Assembly (NCBI GenBank): GCA_037481835.1
Contig: JBBFKW010000007.1
Location: forward strand, 1 to 64,000
Source of the DNA: Desulfosoma sp.
Lineage (GTDB): Bacteria > Desulfobacterota > Syntrophobacteria > Syntrophobacterales > DSM-9756
Reading direction: 5' to 3'
Length of the DNA: 64,000 nucleotides
The notes beneath the pieces were generated by a model. The model had not been told where the DNA came from. It saw only the letters and a program-made list of their open reading frames with translations, and searched no databases. Each line of letters starts with the position of its first letter. Within the stretch, counting starts at the first letter, position 1. Below, one piece after another: positions 1 through 10,087 of this stretch. A program made the translations under genes and the position numbers.

Positions 1-38
1 CCGGATGGCGAGACCCCGGTTGCCGACGAGGTTTCGCC

Positions 39-470
39 ATGACCCCGGAGGTCATCTCCCGAAAACTGGCCAGGATACAAGATGACGTGAGGGCATTGCG
101 GGAGGCGCACGACATCACCTGGGCCGTGTTTCAACAGGACATTCGGGCACGGGCTTTCGTGGAACGCTACCTGCACCTGGCCATCGAAGAAGTGTTGGAC
201 GTGGCCCAACACCTCATCGCCGAAAACAAGTGGCGTGAACCCGTAAGCTACCGGGATGTTTTCACCGTCTTGGCGGAAAACAATGCGCTCCCGCAGGAAG
301 ACTTCAGCCGATTTCAAGACATGGCGTCTTTACGGAACCTTCTGGTGCACGCCTATGAAAAAGTGGATTTGGAAGTCGTCTTCGGCATTTTCAAGGGGCG
401 GCTCGACGACTTTGATCGCTTCGACAGGCACGTTCGGCGCCGGCTGCATCAGTCCGGATCGAAGCGATAG
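39..470 (+). CDS. HEPN/DUF86 (HepT-like) ribonuclease toxin, probably of an MntA-HepT toxin-antitoxin pair
   Basis: 143 aa with RNLLVHAY (RX4HXY) and ERYLHLAIE. GAGG lies upstream, and the ATG overlaps the TGA (40-42) of an open frame entering from outside the window. Confidence 0.88.
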   Translation: MTPEVISRKLARIQDDVRALREAHDITWAVFQQDIRARAFVERYLHLAIEEVLDVAQHLIAENKWREPVSYRDVFTVLAENNALPQEDFSRFQDMASLRNLLVHAYEKVDLEVVFGIFKGRLDDFDRFDRHVRRRLHQSGSKR

Positions 471-1108
471 CCGAATAGTTCGATATCGCGCCGATAGTGG
501 CGCGCCACCCATTCGGCCGTTTCATCGGAGTAATAGGCGCGGTAATCCCGCCGATTCAAAGCCTTTCTCTTGTGCGGCAAGGCCGGGGGGCGGATGCCGA
601 TCCTTCGGCATGCTTCCTGGAAATCGTCTTCCAAATTTTCATATCGCCCGATGAAATCGACAAGAATGGTGCCGTCCAGGTCCATGAGGTAGTCCGCTTG
701 GCGTTCGATGGAAACATCGAAGTGGAAGACGTACGGCCGATGGGGGTCCAGCTTGTGCCTCAAAAACGCCTCGAACGAGTCCAGCCCCTTAAGCAAATGG
801 GGCCGTTCGCGGCGGATGTGGTGGTAGGAACTCACTTGCAGGTCCCAGGGGTTTCTCACGAAGGCGAATTTGAAAAGGCTTTCGAAAAAGTCCCGGGGAA
901 ACATTTCTTTCGCCGCAACGATCTTGGCATGCCGGGGGAGCTTGCACGCCAGGCGGTGCCCCGAAAGGGCGCTCAAACGGCTGCACACGAAAAGGGGGAT
1001 CCGCCACGGGTCCTTCCATTTGTAACCCCGAAGGGCGACGCGGATGCTGGTTCCCCCCGTCTTGGGAATGTGCACGAACAAGAAACGGTACTTGGGCGAA
1101 AAAAGCAT
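449..1108 (-). CDS. Sulfotransferase family 2 protein
   Basis: 5'-PSB motif FVHIPKTGGTSI, 3'-PB motif FVRNPWDLQVSSY, DFIGRYENL and C-terminal DIELFGY. Start placed at MLFSPKY. Confidence 0.88.
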   Translation of the reverse strand: MLFSPKYRFLFVHIPKTGGTSIRVALRGYKWKDPWRIPLFVCSRLSALSGHRLACKLPRHAKIVAAKEMFPRDFFESLFKFAFVRNPWDLQVSSYHHIRRERPHLLKGLDSFEAFLRHKLDPHRPYVFHFDVSIERQADYLMDLDGTILVDFIGRYENLEDDFQEACRRIGIRPPALPHKRKALNRRDYRAYYSDETAEWVARHYRRDIELFGYRFDPD

Positions 1109-1273
1109 GCGTGCGGATCCTCCTGTGCTCCATACCGTGGGGCAGCACATCCGATGGTTCCAGCCGGATCGTATGGATGCCTTTTTCGGCCCTCGGCGTC
1201 AAGCGGAGAACTCCGGGACTCCCGGGATGTTCTCTCTCGCCTTTTCCCGGCGTCTGGCGTTTTTTGAACATTG

Positions 1274-2407
1274 TCAATGAAAAATGCTTATGGGGGCCGG
1301 ACAACCGCCCAATAAGACGTGCAGATACCGCCGGGCGCTGTTTTCCACGGTGTAATCGGACACGGCCTCCCGCAGCCGCTCCGGGTCGGGCGGGTTTTCC
1401 AGCACCCGCAGGATGGCAGCCGCAATGGCCTCGGGATTTTTCATGGGGACCAGGGGAGCCACTTCGCCGCCCCGAAGGATTTCCCGAGGGCCGCTGGGAC
1501 AATCCGTGGCCACCACCGGAGTTCCCAAAGCCATGGCTTCCGTCAGCGCGTTGGGGGATCCCTCCCAGATGGACGACAGCACAAAGACGGACGCTCTTTT
1601 GAGGTACGGGTAGGGGTTGGGGACAAATCCCGTAAAGAAGACATCCTGGGCCACACCGAGACGGTGCGCCAAAGTCTCCAGGGCTCTTCGGTGCGATCCG
1701 TCTCCGATGAGGATCAGGCGGCACCGCAGCGCATCGTGCACCTTGCGGAAGGCCTGAAGCAGGGTGGGGAAATCCTTCTGAGTCGTCAAGCGGCCCATGC
1801 CCACGATGACGGGTGGGCTGGCGTGCCGAAACCAAGGGTGATCCACGGGATGTTCCGCGTGCTTGTAAAGCCGAGGAGTGATCACCGGGTTCGGGATGAC
1901 CACGAGGGAACGCAGGGGCCGTCCCAGAATCCGCTTGAGATCTTCCGCCACGCCCCGGGAGACGGCGACGACGGCATCTGCCCGAGGATAGAAAAGCCTG
2001 ATGGGCAGAAACCAGGCGGCCTTATGCAGTCGCGATTTATGGGCGATGGCGGCCGACGTGGTCGTCCCCAGCCGAAGGACGATCCGGGTCGGCGTTTTGG
2101 CCAGAGCCCGGGCCATGATCGCTGCCTGATTGGCTCGGTCTTTGGCCGCAAGAAGGGCCCCAGGGCGGACTTTTCTCAGGTAAAGAGCCAACCGTGGAAT
2201 GCTTTGCAGCGTGTGATCCACCCCCAGCGACCTCAGGGGAACAGGGGTTTGCAGGCTCCCGAGAAATCGGCTGCGGGTTTTTACGGCCAGGATCTCCACG
2301 GGCTTGTAAAGGCCGTAAAGGCCTTCCGCCAGATTCAGCAGCATGCGTTCCACGCCGCCTTGTCCGGAAAAGGAAAGAAAGAGGGTGATCGGCGGGTGGG
2401 GCGTCAT
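1274..2407 (-). CDS. Glycosyltransferase family 4
   Basis: GGVER, GRLTTQKDF, EGSPNALTEAMALG, TDCPSGPREIL. Confidence 0.92.
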   Translation of the reverse strand: MTPHPPITLFLSFSGQGGVERMLLNLAEGLYGLYKPVEILAVKTRSRFLGSLQTPVPLRSLGVDHTLQSIPRLALYLRKVRPGALLAAKDRANQAAIMARALAKTPTRIVLRLGTTTSAAIAHKSRLHKAAWFLPIRLFYPRADAVVAVSRGVAEDLKRILGRPLRSLVVIPNPVITPRLYKHAEHPVDHPWFRHASPPVIVGMGRLTTQKDFPTLLQAFRKVHDALRCRLILIGDGSHRRALETLAHRLGVAQDVFFTGFVPNPYPYLKRASVFVLSSIWEGSPNALTEAMALGTPVVATDCPSGPREILRGGEVAPLVPMKNPEAIAAAILRVLENPPDPERLREAVSDYTVENSARRYLHVLLGGCPAPISIFH

Positions 2408-3555
2408 GGAGCAGTTTTTCCTTCCGGGACCGCCTCGCCGGTGGAAAAGCCCAAGACCTTCAAGTAGGCGTCCGTTGCTTTTCGTACATCGTAGCGGGAG
2501 GCGGCGGTCATGAGGGCCTGCGGATTCAGGGGGGATGAGAGAACGCGAGCGATGGCCGCCGCCAGTTCATCGGGGGATTTTACGGGCACCAGCGGCCCCA
2601 GGGTTCCGTGATCCAGGATTTCCCGCGGCCCGCTGGGACAGTCCGTAGCGGCGACGGGAGTGCCCACCGCCATGGCTTCCATGAGGACCACGGGAAGCCC
2701 TTCGCACGTGGACGAAAGAACGAAAACGCCGGCTTTCGCCATGTAGGCATAAGGGTTTTCCACAAATCCCGGAAAGTCCACATGGGCCGCCACGCCCAGC
2801 TCATGGGCCAGTTTTTCCAAGGCGGCCCGTTTCTTCCCTTTGCCCAAGATCACCAATCGACACGGCCTGAGTTTCCGCACATTCGCAAAGGCTCGAAGCA
2901 GCGTTGCAAAATCCTTCCGTTCACACAGTTCGCCGGCTCCCAAAACGACCGGCGGTTCCCCGGGCTGGAACCACGGGTGGTCCACGGGTTCTCGAGCCAG
3001 ATCGAGGATGTTTTCCGAAACCACGGGGGAAGGCAGCACGTGGATGAATCCCTTGGGAAAGGAGCCGAGGGCGCTCAGGTCGTCGGCCGCGCCGCGGGAA
3101 GGCACCACCACGGCATGGGCTCGGGGGTAGAGGTGCCGGATGCTCCAGTATTGCAGCGTGCGATGCAGATAACCGCGCCCCTGCAGGTTTTGGGAAACCG
3201 TGGTCCCGACGCGCACCACAAGACGGCCCGTGTAGCCGGCCAAAGCGGCGGCCAGGATGGCCGTGCGGTTGACCCGGTCCTTATCGCAAAGTATGGCGTC
3301 GGGCTGAACCGTTTTGAGGTAATGCGCCAGCCGAAAAAGACTGGAATGGACGTGGTGCGTTCCCAGAGGGATGCGCCGCACGTTGTCCGGCACAGGGTGG
3401 ATGTGCGGGCCGTGGCCTTCCACCTGAAGAAGATCCACGGCAACGGGCCTTTTCCCCAGTTCGCCGAGAAAGTTTTTCATGATCCGGTCCACACCGCTAT
3501 GACCGGATGTGGCCAGAAAAAGGGCCAGCCGCCGGCGTCCTTGGGGCGAGCTCAT
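2404..3555 (-). CDS. Glycosyltransferase family 4
   Basis: C-terminal 383 aa of the 816-aa track ORF. SGVDR, EGLPVVLMEAMAVG, TDCPSGPREIL. ATG 3555 overlaps the upstream stop (ATGA). Confidence 0.9.
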   Translation of the reverse strand: MSSPQGRRRLALFLATSGHSGVDRIMKNFLGELGKRPVAVDLLQVEGHGPHIHPVPDNVRRIPLGTHHVHSSLFRLAHYLKTVQPDAILCDKDRVNRTAILAAALAGYTGRLVVRVGTTVSQNLQGRGYLHRTLQYWSIRHLYPRAHAVVVPSRGAADDLSALGSFPKGFIHVLPSPVVSENILDLAREPVDHPWFQPGEPPVVLGAGELCERKDFATLLRAFANVRKLRPCRLVILGKGKKRAALEKLAHELGVAAHVDFPGFVENPYAYMAKAGVFVLSSTCEGLPVVLMEAMAVGTPVAATDCPSGPREILDHGTLGPLVPVKSPDELAAAIARVLSSPLNPQALMTAASRYDVRKATDAYLKVLGFSTGEAVPEGKTAP

Positions 3556-4739
3556 GAAGCGGGCTCCTCTTGGGCTTTTTCTGCATAGATCCAAGACGGC
3601 GTCTCGAGGCAGGCGGCGCCGAGCATCCCGAAGGCCTTCAGGTGTTCGCGGGTGCTTGCAGAAAGCGTGTAACGGGCCACCGCCTGCTTCAAGAAAGACG
3701 GATCGGGGCGAGCGTCCAGGGTTTCCAGCATGGCCTGAGCCAGAGCCTGAGGGTCGCCGCACGGCACAAGGCGCCCGTAACGGCCGTCTTGAAGGATTTC
3801 CCGGGGACCGCTGGGGCAATCCGTCGCCACCACGGCGGTGCCCATGGCCAGGGCTTCCGTCAGCACGTTGGGGGATCCTTCCCACAGAGAAGACAGCACG
3901 AAGAGGTCGGCATGGGCGAGATACCCGTACGGGTTTTCCACAAAGCCGGGAAAATCCGTCCAGGGGTCGACGCCCAGGGATCGCGCCAGATCCAGGAGCT
4001 TTTCCTTGAGATGGCCTTTGCCGAGAATGAGCAGCCGAGCCGGTCTTTGGCGAATCATGATCGCGAAGGCTCGAAGGAGGGTCGGAAAATCCTTGGCTTT
4101 GCGAAGACCTCCCATCCCCAATACCACGGGCACGTCCCGGGGCGGCTCGTAGAAGGGATGGGCCGGAAGTGGGGGTGTGTGCGCCAGCATTTCCGGCGTC
4201 ACCACGGGGTTGGGCACCACGTGGATCCGCTCGCGAGGAACACCCAGGAGCCGTTCCACGTCGCGAGCAACGCCCTGGGAGACGGCGATCACGCCGTGGG
4301 CTTTTGGGAAGAGGCGGCGCAGCCGCCTCATGCGCCACCAGGTTTTGAGAATGGAGCGGTTTTCGTTTCGCGCCGAAAGGGTCGTCCCAACTCTCAAAAA
4401 GACCCGGGTTGGGGTGCGCGCGGAACGAACCGCGGCCAAGGCTTCGGCGTCGCTTCTTTTTCCCGAAAGGAGAACGTCCGGCTGGCATTCGGCCACGTAG
4501 CGGGTGAGGCGGCCGATGCGTTCCGCCTCGGAGTTTTCGTCGATAACACAGAGCTTTACGGAAGGCGGTAGGCTTCCCAGATAGGGGGCTTGGGCCGTCC
4601 GCGTCAAAAAGTCCACCGTACAGCCGTGCTCGCTCAGCCCCCGGGCGAGATGGACCAGCATCCGGTCGTTGCCGCCGTCGCCTGCGGAAAACGTGATCAA
4701 TCCCACACGAGGTGCCTGCACTGGGTGATTCCTGGTCAT
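3552..4739 (-). CDS. Glycosyltransferase family 4
   Basis: GGNDR, KAKDFPTLL, EGSPNVLTEALAMG, TDCPSGPREIL. Confidence 0.92.
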   Translation of the reverse strand: MTRNHPVQAPRVGLITFSAGDGGNDRMLVHLARGLSEHGCTVDFLTRTAQAPYLGSLPPSVKLCVIDENSEAERIGRLTRYVAECQPDVLLSGKRSDAEALAAVRSARTPTRVFLRVGTTLSARNENRSILKTWWRMRRLRRLFPKAHGVIAVSQGVARDVERLLGVPRERIHVVPNPVVTPEMLAHTPPLPAHPFYEPPRDVPVVLGMGGLRKAKDFPTLLRAFAIMIRQRPARLLILGKGHLKEKLLDLARSLGVDPWTDFPGFVENPYGYLAHADLFVLSSLWEGSPNVLTEALAMGTAVVATDCPSGPREILQDGRYGRLVPCGDPQALAQAMLETLDARPDPSFLKQAVARYTLSASTREHLKAFGMLGAACLETPSWIYAEKAQEEPAS

Positions 4740-6061
4740 GATTGGGGATCCTTGCCGGAGCGGGGCGTGCCCCGAAACAAAGGCCCCGAGGTGATAAGGC
4801 CGGCAAGAAAATTCCAGAAAAAACGCCAGTCGGGATGGAGGGCGCGAAAATCAAAAAGAGCCCAGAGAAAGAGATAGATCAGAAAAGCCAGGGAAAACAG
4901 CCACAGGGAAGTGCTCACGGTCCCTTCTTTCCACGCTCGCTGAACCCCGAGAAAAAGTGCCCCGTAGAGCCAAAGCCACAGGGCGGCTCCCACCGCCCCG
5001 TAATGAAAAAGGATCTCCAGCTGGGTGCTGTGCAGGTGATCCCACCACTGCAGTTCCCCTTTCCAGTTGGGCGATTTCAAGGTCTCGCGGCCGCTTTCCT
5101 GAATGAAGCGTTTGGATGAGGCCGGTCCGGCCCCCCACACGGGGCGCTCGAGGATGCCTTCGAAAGCGAATTTGTAGAGGTGGGCTCGATACCCGGTGGA
5201 GTCTTGAGCCGGCCGGTTGAAGTCGAAGGATTTCAGGTGGAGGAACGTGTCCTTTTCTTCGTTCCATCGCTTTTCCAGGAGGGGCCGGTTTAAGACCGTA
5301 ATCCCGATGAGGAGCGCCCAAAAGACGATGAGTCCGCGTTTGAGACTCACGGGAAGGGGCCGGGACCGATCGGTGGTCCGTGTCATGAAGACGATGACGG
5401 TGATGATGAGGGCCGTCGCTCCAAACCCCAGAAAAACACCTCGCGATTGGGTAAAGAACAGGGCCTGACCCAGGAGCGTGAGAAGCACGGCCCAAAGAGC
5501 GATCCAGAAAGGTTTGAAGCGGCGAGCCTGAAAGAATTCCGGTGTGAAACACACCAAAGCCCACAGGAACGTTCCGGCATACAATCCGAAGGCGACGATG
5601 CGCAGATGAAATCCCGTGCGCATCCCCTGCCACGCGCTTTCCAGCGTGTGGAGATCCACAGCCCGGGTCATGCCCAAAAGAAGGCCGGCAAGGGCCACCC
5701 CGAGAAGCCGCCGGCACCGGGTTTCGTCGCCTCCGCACCACCAAGCGACGACGGGGAAAAGGAGCAGGCGGGCCCATCCCCATAGCCCGTCCATGTGATA
5801 GGCGGCCCATTCCGGCCGCTGCAGCGATGCGGCGGCGGCCCTCAGAACCATGAAGCCGACAAGTGCGGCCCACGGCCAAAGAAGCCATCGCGCCGGGGGG
5901 AAACCCGTTTTTGGCACTTTCAAAAGGAACAGCCCGACCAGGATCCACAGGGCCGCCGTGGCCGTCGTGGTGCTCAGCAAGGCCGTAAAAGCGAACGTAT
6001 AGAGCGCCGCCAAACCGATTCTATCCAGATGCGGCAAATGGTGCGATGACAGTGGGTTCAT
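4736..6061 (-). CDS. O-antigen ligase (WaaL/Wzy_C) family membrane protein
   Basis: Many hydrophobic segments, TQSRG, RPVWGAG, HLHSTQLEILFHYGAVG. Start at 6061 chosen for the ATGA overlap; 6097 is an alternative. Confidence 0.85.
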   Translation of the reverse strand: MNPLSSHHLPHLDRIGLAALYTFAFTALLSTTTATAALWILVGLFLLKVPKTGFPPARWLLWPWAALVGFMVLRAAAASLQRPEWAAYHMDGLWGWARLLLFPVVAWWCGGDETRCRRLLGVALAGLLLGMTRAVDLHTLESAWQGMRTGFHLRIVAFGLYAGTFLWALVCFTPEFFQARRFKPFWIALWAVLLTLLGQALFFTQSRGVFLGFGATALIITVIVFMTRTTDRSRPLPVSLKRGLIVFWALLIGITVLNRPLLEKRWNEEKDTFLHLKSFDFNRPAQDSTGYRAHLYKFAFEGILERPVWGAGPASSKRFIQESGRETLKSPNWKGELQWWDHLHSTQLEILFHYGAVGAALWLWLYGALFLGVQRAWKEGTVSTSLWLFSLAFLIYLFLWALFDFRALHPDWRFFWNFLAGLITSGPLFRGTPRSGKDPQS

Positions 6062-6774
6062 TTTTTTCCAGATCCAGGACAGAGCTTCTTCCACCATCGC
6101 CCGGGAATTTTGAAGAGTCGGTGCACCCTGTTGGGCAAGGCACTATACCCGATACCCTCTTTGGGATGCCATAGCCTTTCGTCAAGAGCCGGCGACTGGG
6201 GAAAGCAACCCTGCCAGCGTCCGGGGTGCTTGGATCCCACGGCGAAGACGTAGACGGAACTCTTCCGATGACGGTTCCAGTTCATATACAGCACATGGAG
6301 GCCGTTCTCCTCGTAGAGGCGCTTTACGGCCATCGGGGAAAACCTCCAAAAGTCTCCATAGTCCGAGTGATACGGTTGCAAGAAAGGAACACAAACCATA
6401 ACGATATCCCGGGACAGGAGGGAAAGATTTTCGAACGCTTTGAAGACGTTGTAGACGTGTTCCAGCGTGGTGTGATTGAAAACCACATCGAATCGGCCGA
6501 TGAGTTCGGCGGGAAGTTCTTGTTCCAGGTCGAGAAAAATTTCGTTCGGGTAATTTTGAAAGCCGCGGGCTTCAGATCTCCAGTTCGTCAACCAATAGCT
6601 TGCGGCGTTGACGAAGTAGTCGCGATAACGGCGTCCTTCCTTGTCCTCGTCTTTCCAGGCGCTCACATTGACGATATCTCCATGAAAAAGATGGGCGATC
6701 TTTTCCAGTTCCCTGTTGGACCAGGCACGCGGCAATCGGAAGATGCGATCGACACCGAAACGTTTTTCAGCCAT
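6058..6774 (-). CDS. SAM-dependent methyltransferase-like protein
   Basis: FDVVFNHTTLEHV and VPFLQPYH..DFWRFS resemble polysaccharide-cluster methyltransferases. The glycine-rich motif I is not evident. Confidence 0.6.
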   Translation of the reverse strand: MAEKRFGVDRIFRLPRAWSNRELEKIAHLFHGDIVNVSAWKDEDKEGRRYRDYFVNAASYWLTNWRSEARGFQNYPNEIFLDLEQELPAELIGRFDVVFNHTTLEHVYNVFKAFENLSLLSRDIVMVCVPFLQPYHSDYGDFWRFSPMAVKRLYEENGLHVLYMNWNRHRKSSVYVFAVGSKHPGRWQGCFPQSPALDERLWHPKEGIGYSALPNRVHRLFKIPGRWWKKLCPGSGKK

Positions 6775-7891
6775 GGGCCTCGTCCGACTTTTCGGCCAAG
6801 AGCGCATCTCGGAGGGTGCGGGCCCGGTTTTCCCAGCTGTACCGGGCGGCGTCCCTTCGGGCGCAGGCCGCCAAATCCCGGGCGACCCCGGGATGCTCCT
6901 GAAGAAACCGGACCGCTTCCAGCCATGCTTCGTTGTCCTCGGGGTCCAGGCACAGCGCATTTCGGCCGTGCCGGGCGACTTCACGGATCGGTTCCAAGTC
7001 GCTCACCAGGATGGGCCGCCCCGCGGCCATGGCTTCGAAGAGCTTCATGGGGCTGATGGATCCCGCGTGAGGCAGATTCCTCTGGTAGGGCATCACGACA
7101 ATATCCGCCTGTTCCAGGCACCGGGGGATCTCGTGGTGCGGAACGAAAGGGACGAGCCGGATGCGGTCCGTTGCCGGGCTGTCTTCCAGGGATCCCACCA
7201 CCGTGACGCGAAAGGCATCCTGCTCGGCCAATTTTTCCAAGATACTCAGCCCTCGATGGCGACTGATCCGACCGACGTACATGATGTGAGGGCGTTCGAG
7301 CCCGGATGGGTCCCACGGAGCGATGTTTTGGAAAAGCCCGAGATCGGCGCCGCAGGGGCAGACATGAACGCCTTCCGGCGGTACCCCGAGATCCAGGAAA
7401 CCCCGGGCTGCAGCGTGGCTGATGGGGAAAAAGCGGCGGATCAAACCCTTTGTAAACCCCTCCGTGAGCCGTTGGAGGAAGCCCTGGCGCCGCAGGGCGT
7501 CCATGTCGTGCACTTCAAGGCTGTGCGGGATGTCGTGTTTCATGAGCGCCAGGCTGAGGACGGCGGAACGGGTGTACACCACGGGGGCCTGCCGTAGCCT
7601 TTTTTTGTGCCTCCAGAAAAACGGGGCGAACGCCATGGTTTTCCAAAAGGAACGCAAGCCGCTTTCCGTTCGGATGCACAATGGCACGCCGACCCCCAGG
7701 TCGTTCAGGATTTCCTCTATCCTTCGTCTTCCTTTCCAGGGCGGCACATAGAGTTCCACCGAGACGCCGATCCGTGCCAAACCTTCCGCGGTTTTTATCG
7801 TCTGGATGACGTTGGCTCGAGGCCGATGCAGACGAGCTCGGGACACATAGATGAACTGCGCGGTGTTTTCCAAGGGCTCGGATGGCGCCAT
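6767..7891 (-). CDS. Glycosyltransferase family 4
   Basis: ANVIQT, YVGRI, SPMKLFEAMAAGRPILVSDL. Confidence 0.9.
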   Translation of the reverse strand: MAPSEPLENTAQFIYVSRARLHRPRANVIQTIKTAEGLARIGVSVELYVPPWKGRRRIEEILNDLGVGVPLCIRTESGLRSFWKTMAFAPFFWRHKKRLRQAPVVYTRSAVLSLALMKHDIPHSLEVHDMDALRRQGFLQRLTEGFTKGLIRRFFPISHAAARGFLDLGVPPEGVHVCPCGADLGLFQNIAPWDPSGLERPHIMYVGRISRHRGLSILEKLAEQDAFRVTVVGSLEDSPATDRIRLVPFVPHHEIPRCLEQADIVVMPYQRNLPHAGSISPMKLFEAMAAGRPILVSDLEPIREVARHGRNALCLDPEDNEAWLEAVRFLQEHPGVARDLAACARRDAARYSWENRARTLRDALLAEKSDEAHG

Positions 7892-7893
7892 GT

Positions 7894-8979
7894 TCAGGCC
7901 TTTCCGAGGATTTCTTCATAGATGCGGAGATTTCCCCGCACCATGGCCTGAGGTGAAAAGCTGGCGCGCACAAGATCCCGGCCGTGATTCCCCATGCGAT
8001 GGGCCTCTTCAGGGTGATCCAGCATCCATAGCACGGCGGATTGGAGTTCTTCGGGACTTTGGGGATCCACCAGGAGGCCGTTCAGCCCGTGCCGGACGAC
8101 TTCGGGAATCCCTCCGGCCCTAGAGGCCACTATGGGGACTCCGGCCGCCGCCGCTTCCAAGAGGCACACCCCCAATCCTTCCAAACTTGCCGGATGGACG
8201 AGAAGATCCAGGCACGGGAAGATCCTGTCCATATCCGATCGAAACCCCGCAAAATGGATCTTATGGGATACCTTTCCATCTTCGGCGATCTGCTGCAGGC
8301 GTTCTCGAAGGGGACCCCGCCCGAAGAAGCACAAGTGCACATCAGGATGCCGGGCGCAAATGGCCGGGGCGACGGCGATGAGCCGTTCATGGCCTTTTCG
8401 GGCGATGAGCTGGGCAACCGTTCCGATGATGCGGCTGCCTTCGGGCAGGCCGAGATCCCGAAGAAGTTCCTTCTTAGCGTAGGGCGATCTAAAACGATCC
8501 TGTGCAACACAGCTGGGAACGCACCGGATCTTTTCTTCACGGATCCCTTCCGATTTCAGGACTTGGACGATGGCCGACGAAATGGCGATGACACGCCGAT
8601 AGAAGCCGTATTTCAGACGGGCGGCCAGAGGGTGTTCGGGGTTGTCCACCCGGCGGGTCACAACGGCGGGGGTTTGCGTCTCGGCGGCGACCAGTCCGCC
8701 CCACCAGTCGGCGCCGCGCCGGCTGTGCACATGGAGAACGTGAGGCTTCCAGCGGAGCACGGCGTGCCGCAATCCCATGGGCAACCTGGGGTCCAATTCC
8801 CCGGAAAAGGACAGCAGGCTGAGGGCTGCGTACGGGCCGGCTTGTCGGGCGATGGCGCTGTCTTCGGGGGCGCACAGGATGTTTTCCACGCCCAGGGCGG
8901 ACAGTCCTTTAATGAGCAGCAGCACTTGGTACGCTCCGCCGTAGAGATGCCTGCCCGTTTCCACGTGAAGAACCCGCAT
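7894..8979 (-). CDS. Glycosyltransferase family 4
   Basis: YGGAYQ, RKGH, EGLGVCLLEAAAAGVP. Confidence 0.92.
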   Translation of the reverse strand: MRVLHVETGRHLYGGAYQVLLLIKGLSALGVENILCAPEDSAIARQAGPYAALSLLSFSGELDPRLPMGLRHAVLRWKPHVLHVHSRRGADWWGGLVAAETQTPAVVTRRVDNPEHPLAARLKYGFYRRVIAISSAIVQVLKSEGIREEKIRCVPSCVAQDRFRSPYAKKELLRDLGLPEGSRIIGTVAQLIARKGHERLIAVAPAICARHPDVHLCFFGRGPLRERLQQIAEDGKVSHKIHFAGFRSDMDRIFPCLDLLVHPASLEGLGVCLLEAAAAGVPIVASRAGGIPEVVRHGLNGLLVDPQSPEELQSAVLWMLDHPEEAHRMGNHGRDLVRASFSPQAMVRGNLRIYEEILGKA

Positions 8980-8983
8980 GGCC

Positions 8984-10087
8984 TCAGCCCTCCGCCGATG
9001 CGGCCAAAACCCGCCGAGCGGCGCTCATGACCTCCTCTTCGTGGAGGGCCGCCATGCAGGGAAAGGAGCCTTTGCAGGTGGGCCGACGCCGGCAGGGGGA
9101 GCAGGGCAAAGGCGTGTACAGGACGAGAGCGCGATCCGAGCGGGTGTGGAGGTAAGGGCATGTGGCTCCGAAGAGGGCGACCGTCGGGCGTTTCAGGGCC
9201 ACGGCCATATGGGTCAGTCCCGTGTCTACGCCGATCACGAGCCGAGCGCCTTGGAGGACGGCGGCGCTTTCCAGAAGGGACGTTTGTCCGGTGAGATTGA
9301 CCATCCACGGCGACAGAGAGCAGAGACGTTCTGCGGTTTCCGCATCGCCGCCTCCCCCCAAAAGAACGACGGGCAAGTTGTGTTCCTCGGCGATCCTTTG
9401 GGCAAGCTTCGCCCATCGTTCGCCGATCCAGTGCTTTTGCGGCCTTGTCGTAAACGGGGCGAAGACGGCGTACGGCCGTGGACCGATCATTCCGATCAAG
9501 AGCCCTTCGGCCCGCTCGGCGGCCTCACGGGGGACGTTCACCCCCATGGGGAAGCCGTCTTTGCAAACCCCCAGGTACCGAACCATGTGTTCGTATTCAG
9601 TCCCGATGGTCCGTGTTCGGGGGCCTTTGGAGATGACTTCGGTCATGAGAAAGCGGCCCGGTTCTTTGGAGGCGAAGCCGACCCGACGCCGCGCGCCGCT
9701 CAGGGCGGCGAGGAGCCGGCTCCTCAGGAGTCCCTGGACGTCTAGAGCCACGTCGATGTGCTGACTCTTGAGCCTTTGACGGAAGGCCGAAACTTCCCGG
9801 GCCAACGCCGTGACGCGCCGCGCCTGCAGGAGTTCCTTCCAGCGGGATTTAGGCCACACCAGCACATCATCCACCCCGGGTTGGGCTCGAAGAAAATCTT
9901 CCACATAAGGTTCGGCAAGCCAGAGCACGGAAGCCTCGGGAAGGGCTTTTTTGATCACGGCCGCCATGGGAAGCGCCATGACCACATCGCCGATGGCGCT
10001 GGGCCGAATGATCAAAAAGCGCATGGCTTGAGTCCCGGTGCGGCGCTGGGAAGATGGTCCGGAGGCATGCCGTGAGGGTTCCGTCAT
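8984..10087 (-). CDS. Glycosyltransferase family 9 (LPS heptosyltransferase)
   Basis: RPSAIGDVV, DVQGLLRS, DTGLTHMAVAL, LFGAT, CSPC..C. Start is 10087 (ATGA overlap) or 10024. Confidence 0.92.
   Translation of the reverse strand: MTEPSRHASGPSSQRRTGTQAMRFLIIRPSAIGDVVMALPMAAVIKKALPEASVLWLAEPYVEDFLRAQPGVDDVLVWPKSRWKELLQARRVTALAREVSAFRQRLKSQHIDVALDVQGLLRSRLLAALSGARRRVGFASKEPGRFLMTEVISKGPRTRTIGTEYEHMVRYLGVCKDGFPMGVNVPREAAERAEGLLIGMIGPRPYAVFAPFTTRPQKHWIGERWAKLAQRIAEEHNLPVVLLGGGGDAETAERLCSLSPWMVNLTGQTSLLESAAVLQGARLVIGVDTGLTHMAVALKRPTVALFGATCPYLHTRSDRALVLYTPLPCSPCRRRPTCKGSFPCMAALHEEEVMSAARRVLAASAEG

Noticed and set aside
2404..4854. 816-aa ORF read as one long glycosyltransferase
   Set aside because: The first ~430 aa are an off-frame reading of the neighbouring GT4 gene. 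The real gene starts at 3555 with an ATGA overlap.
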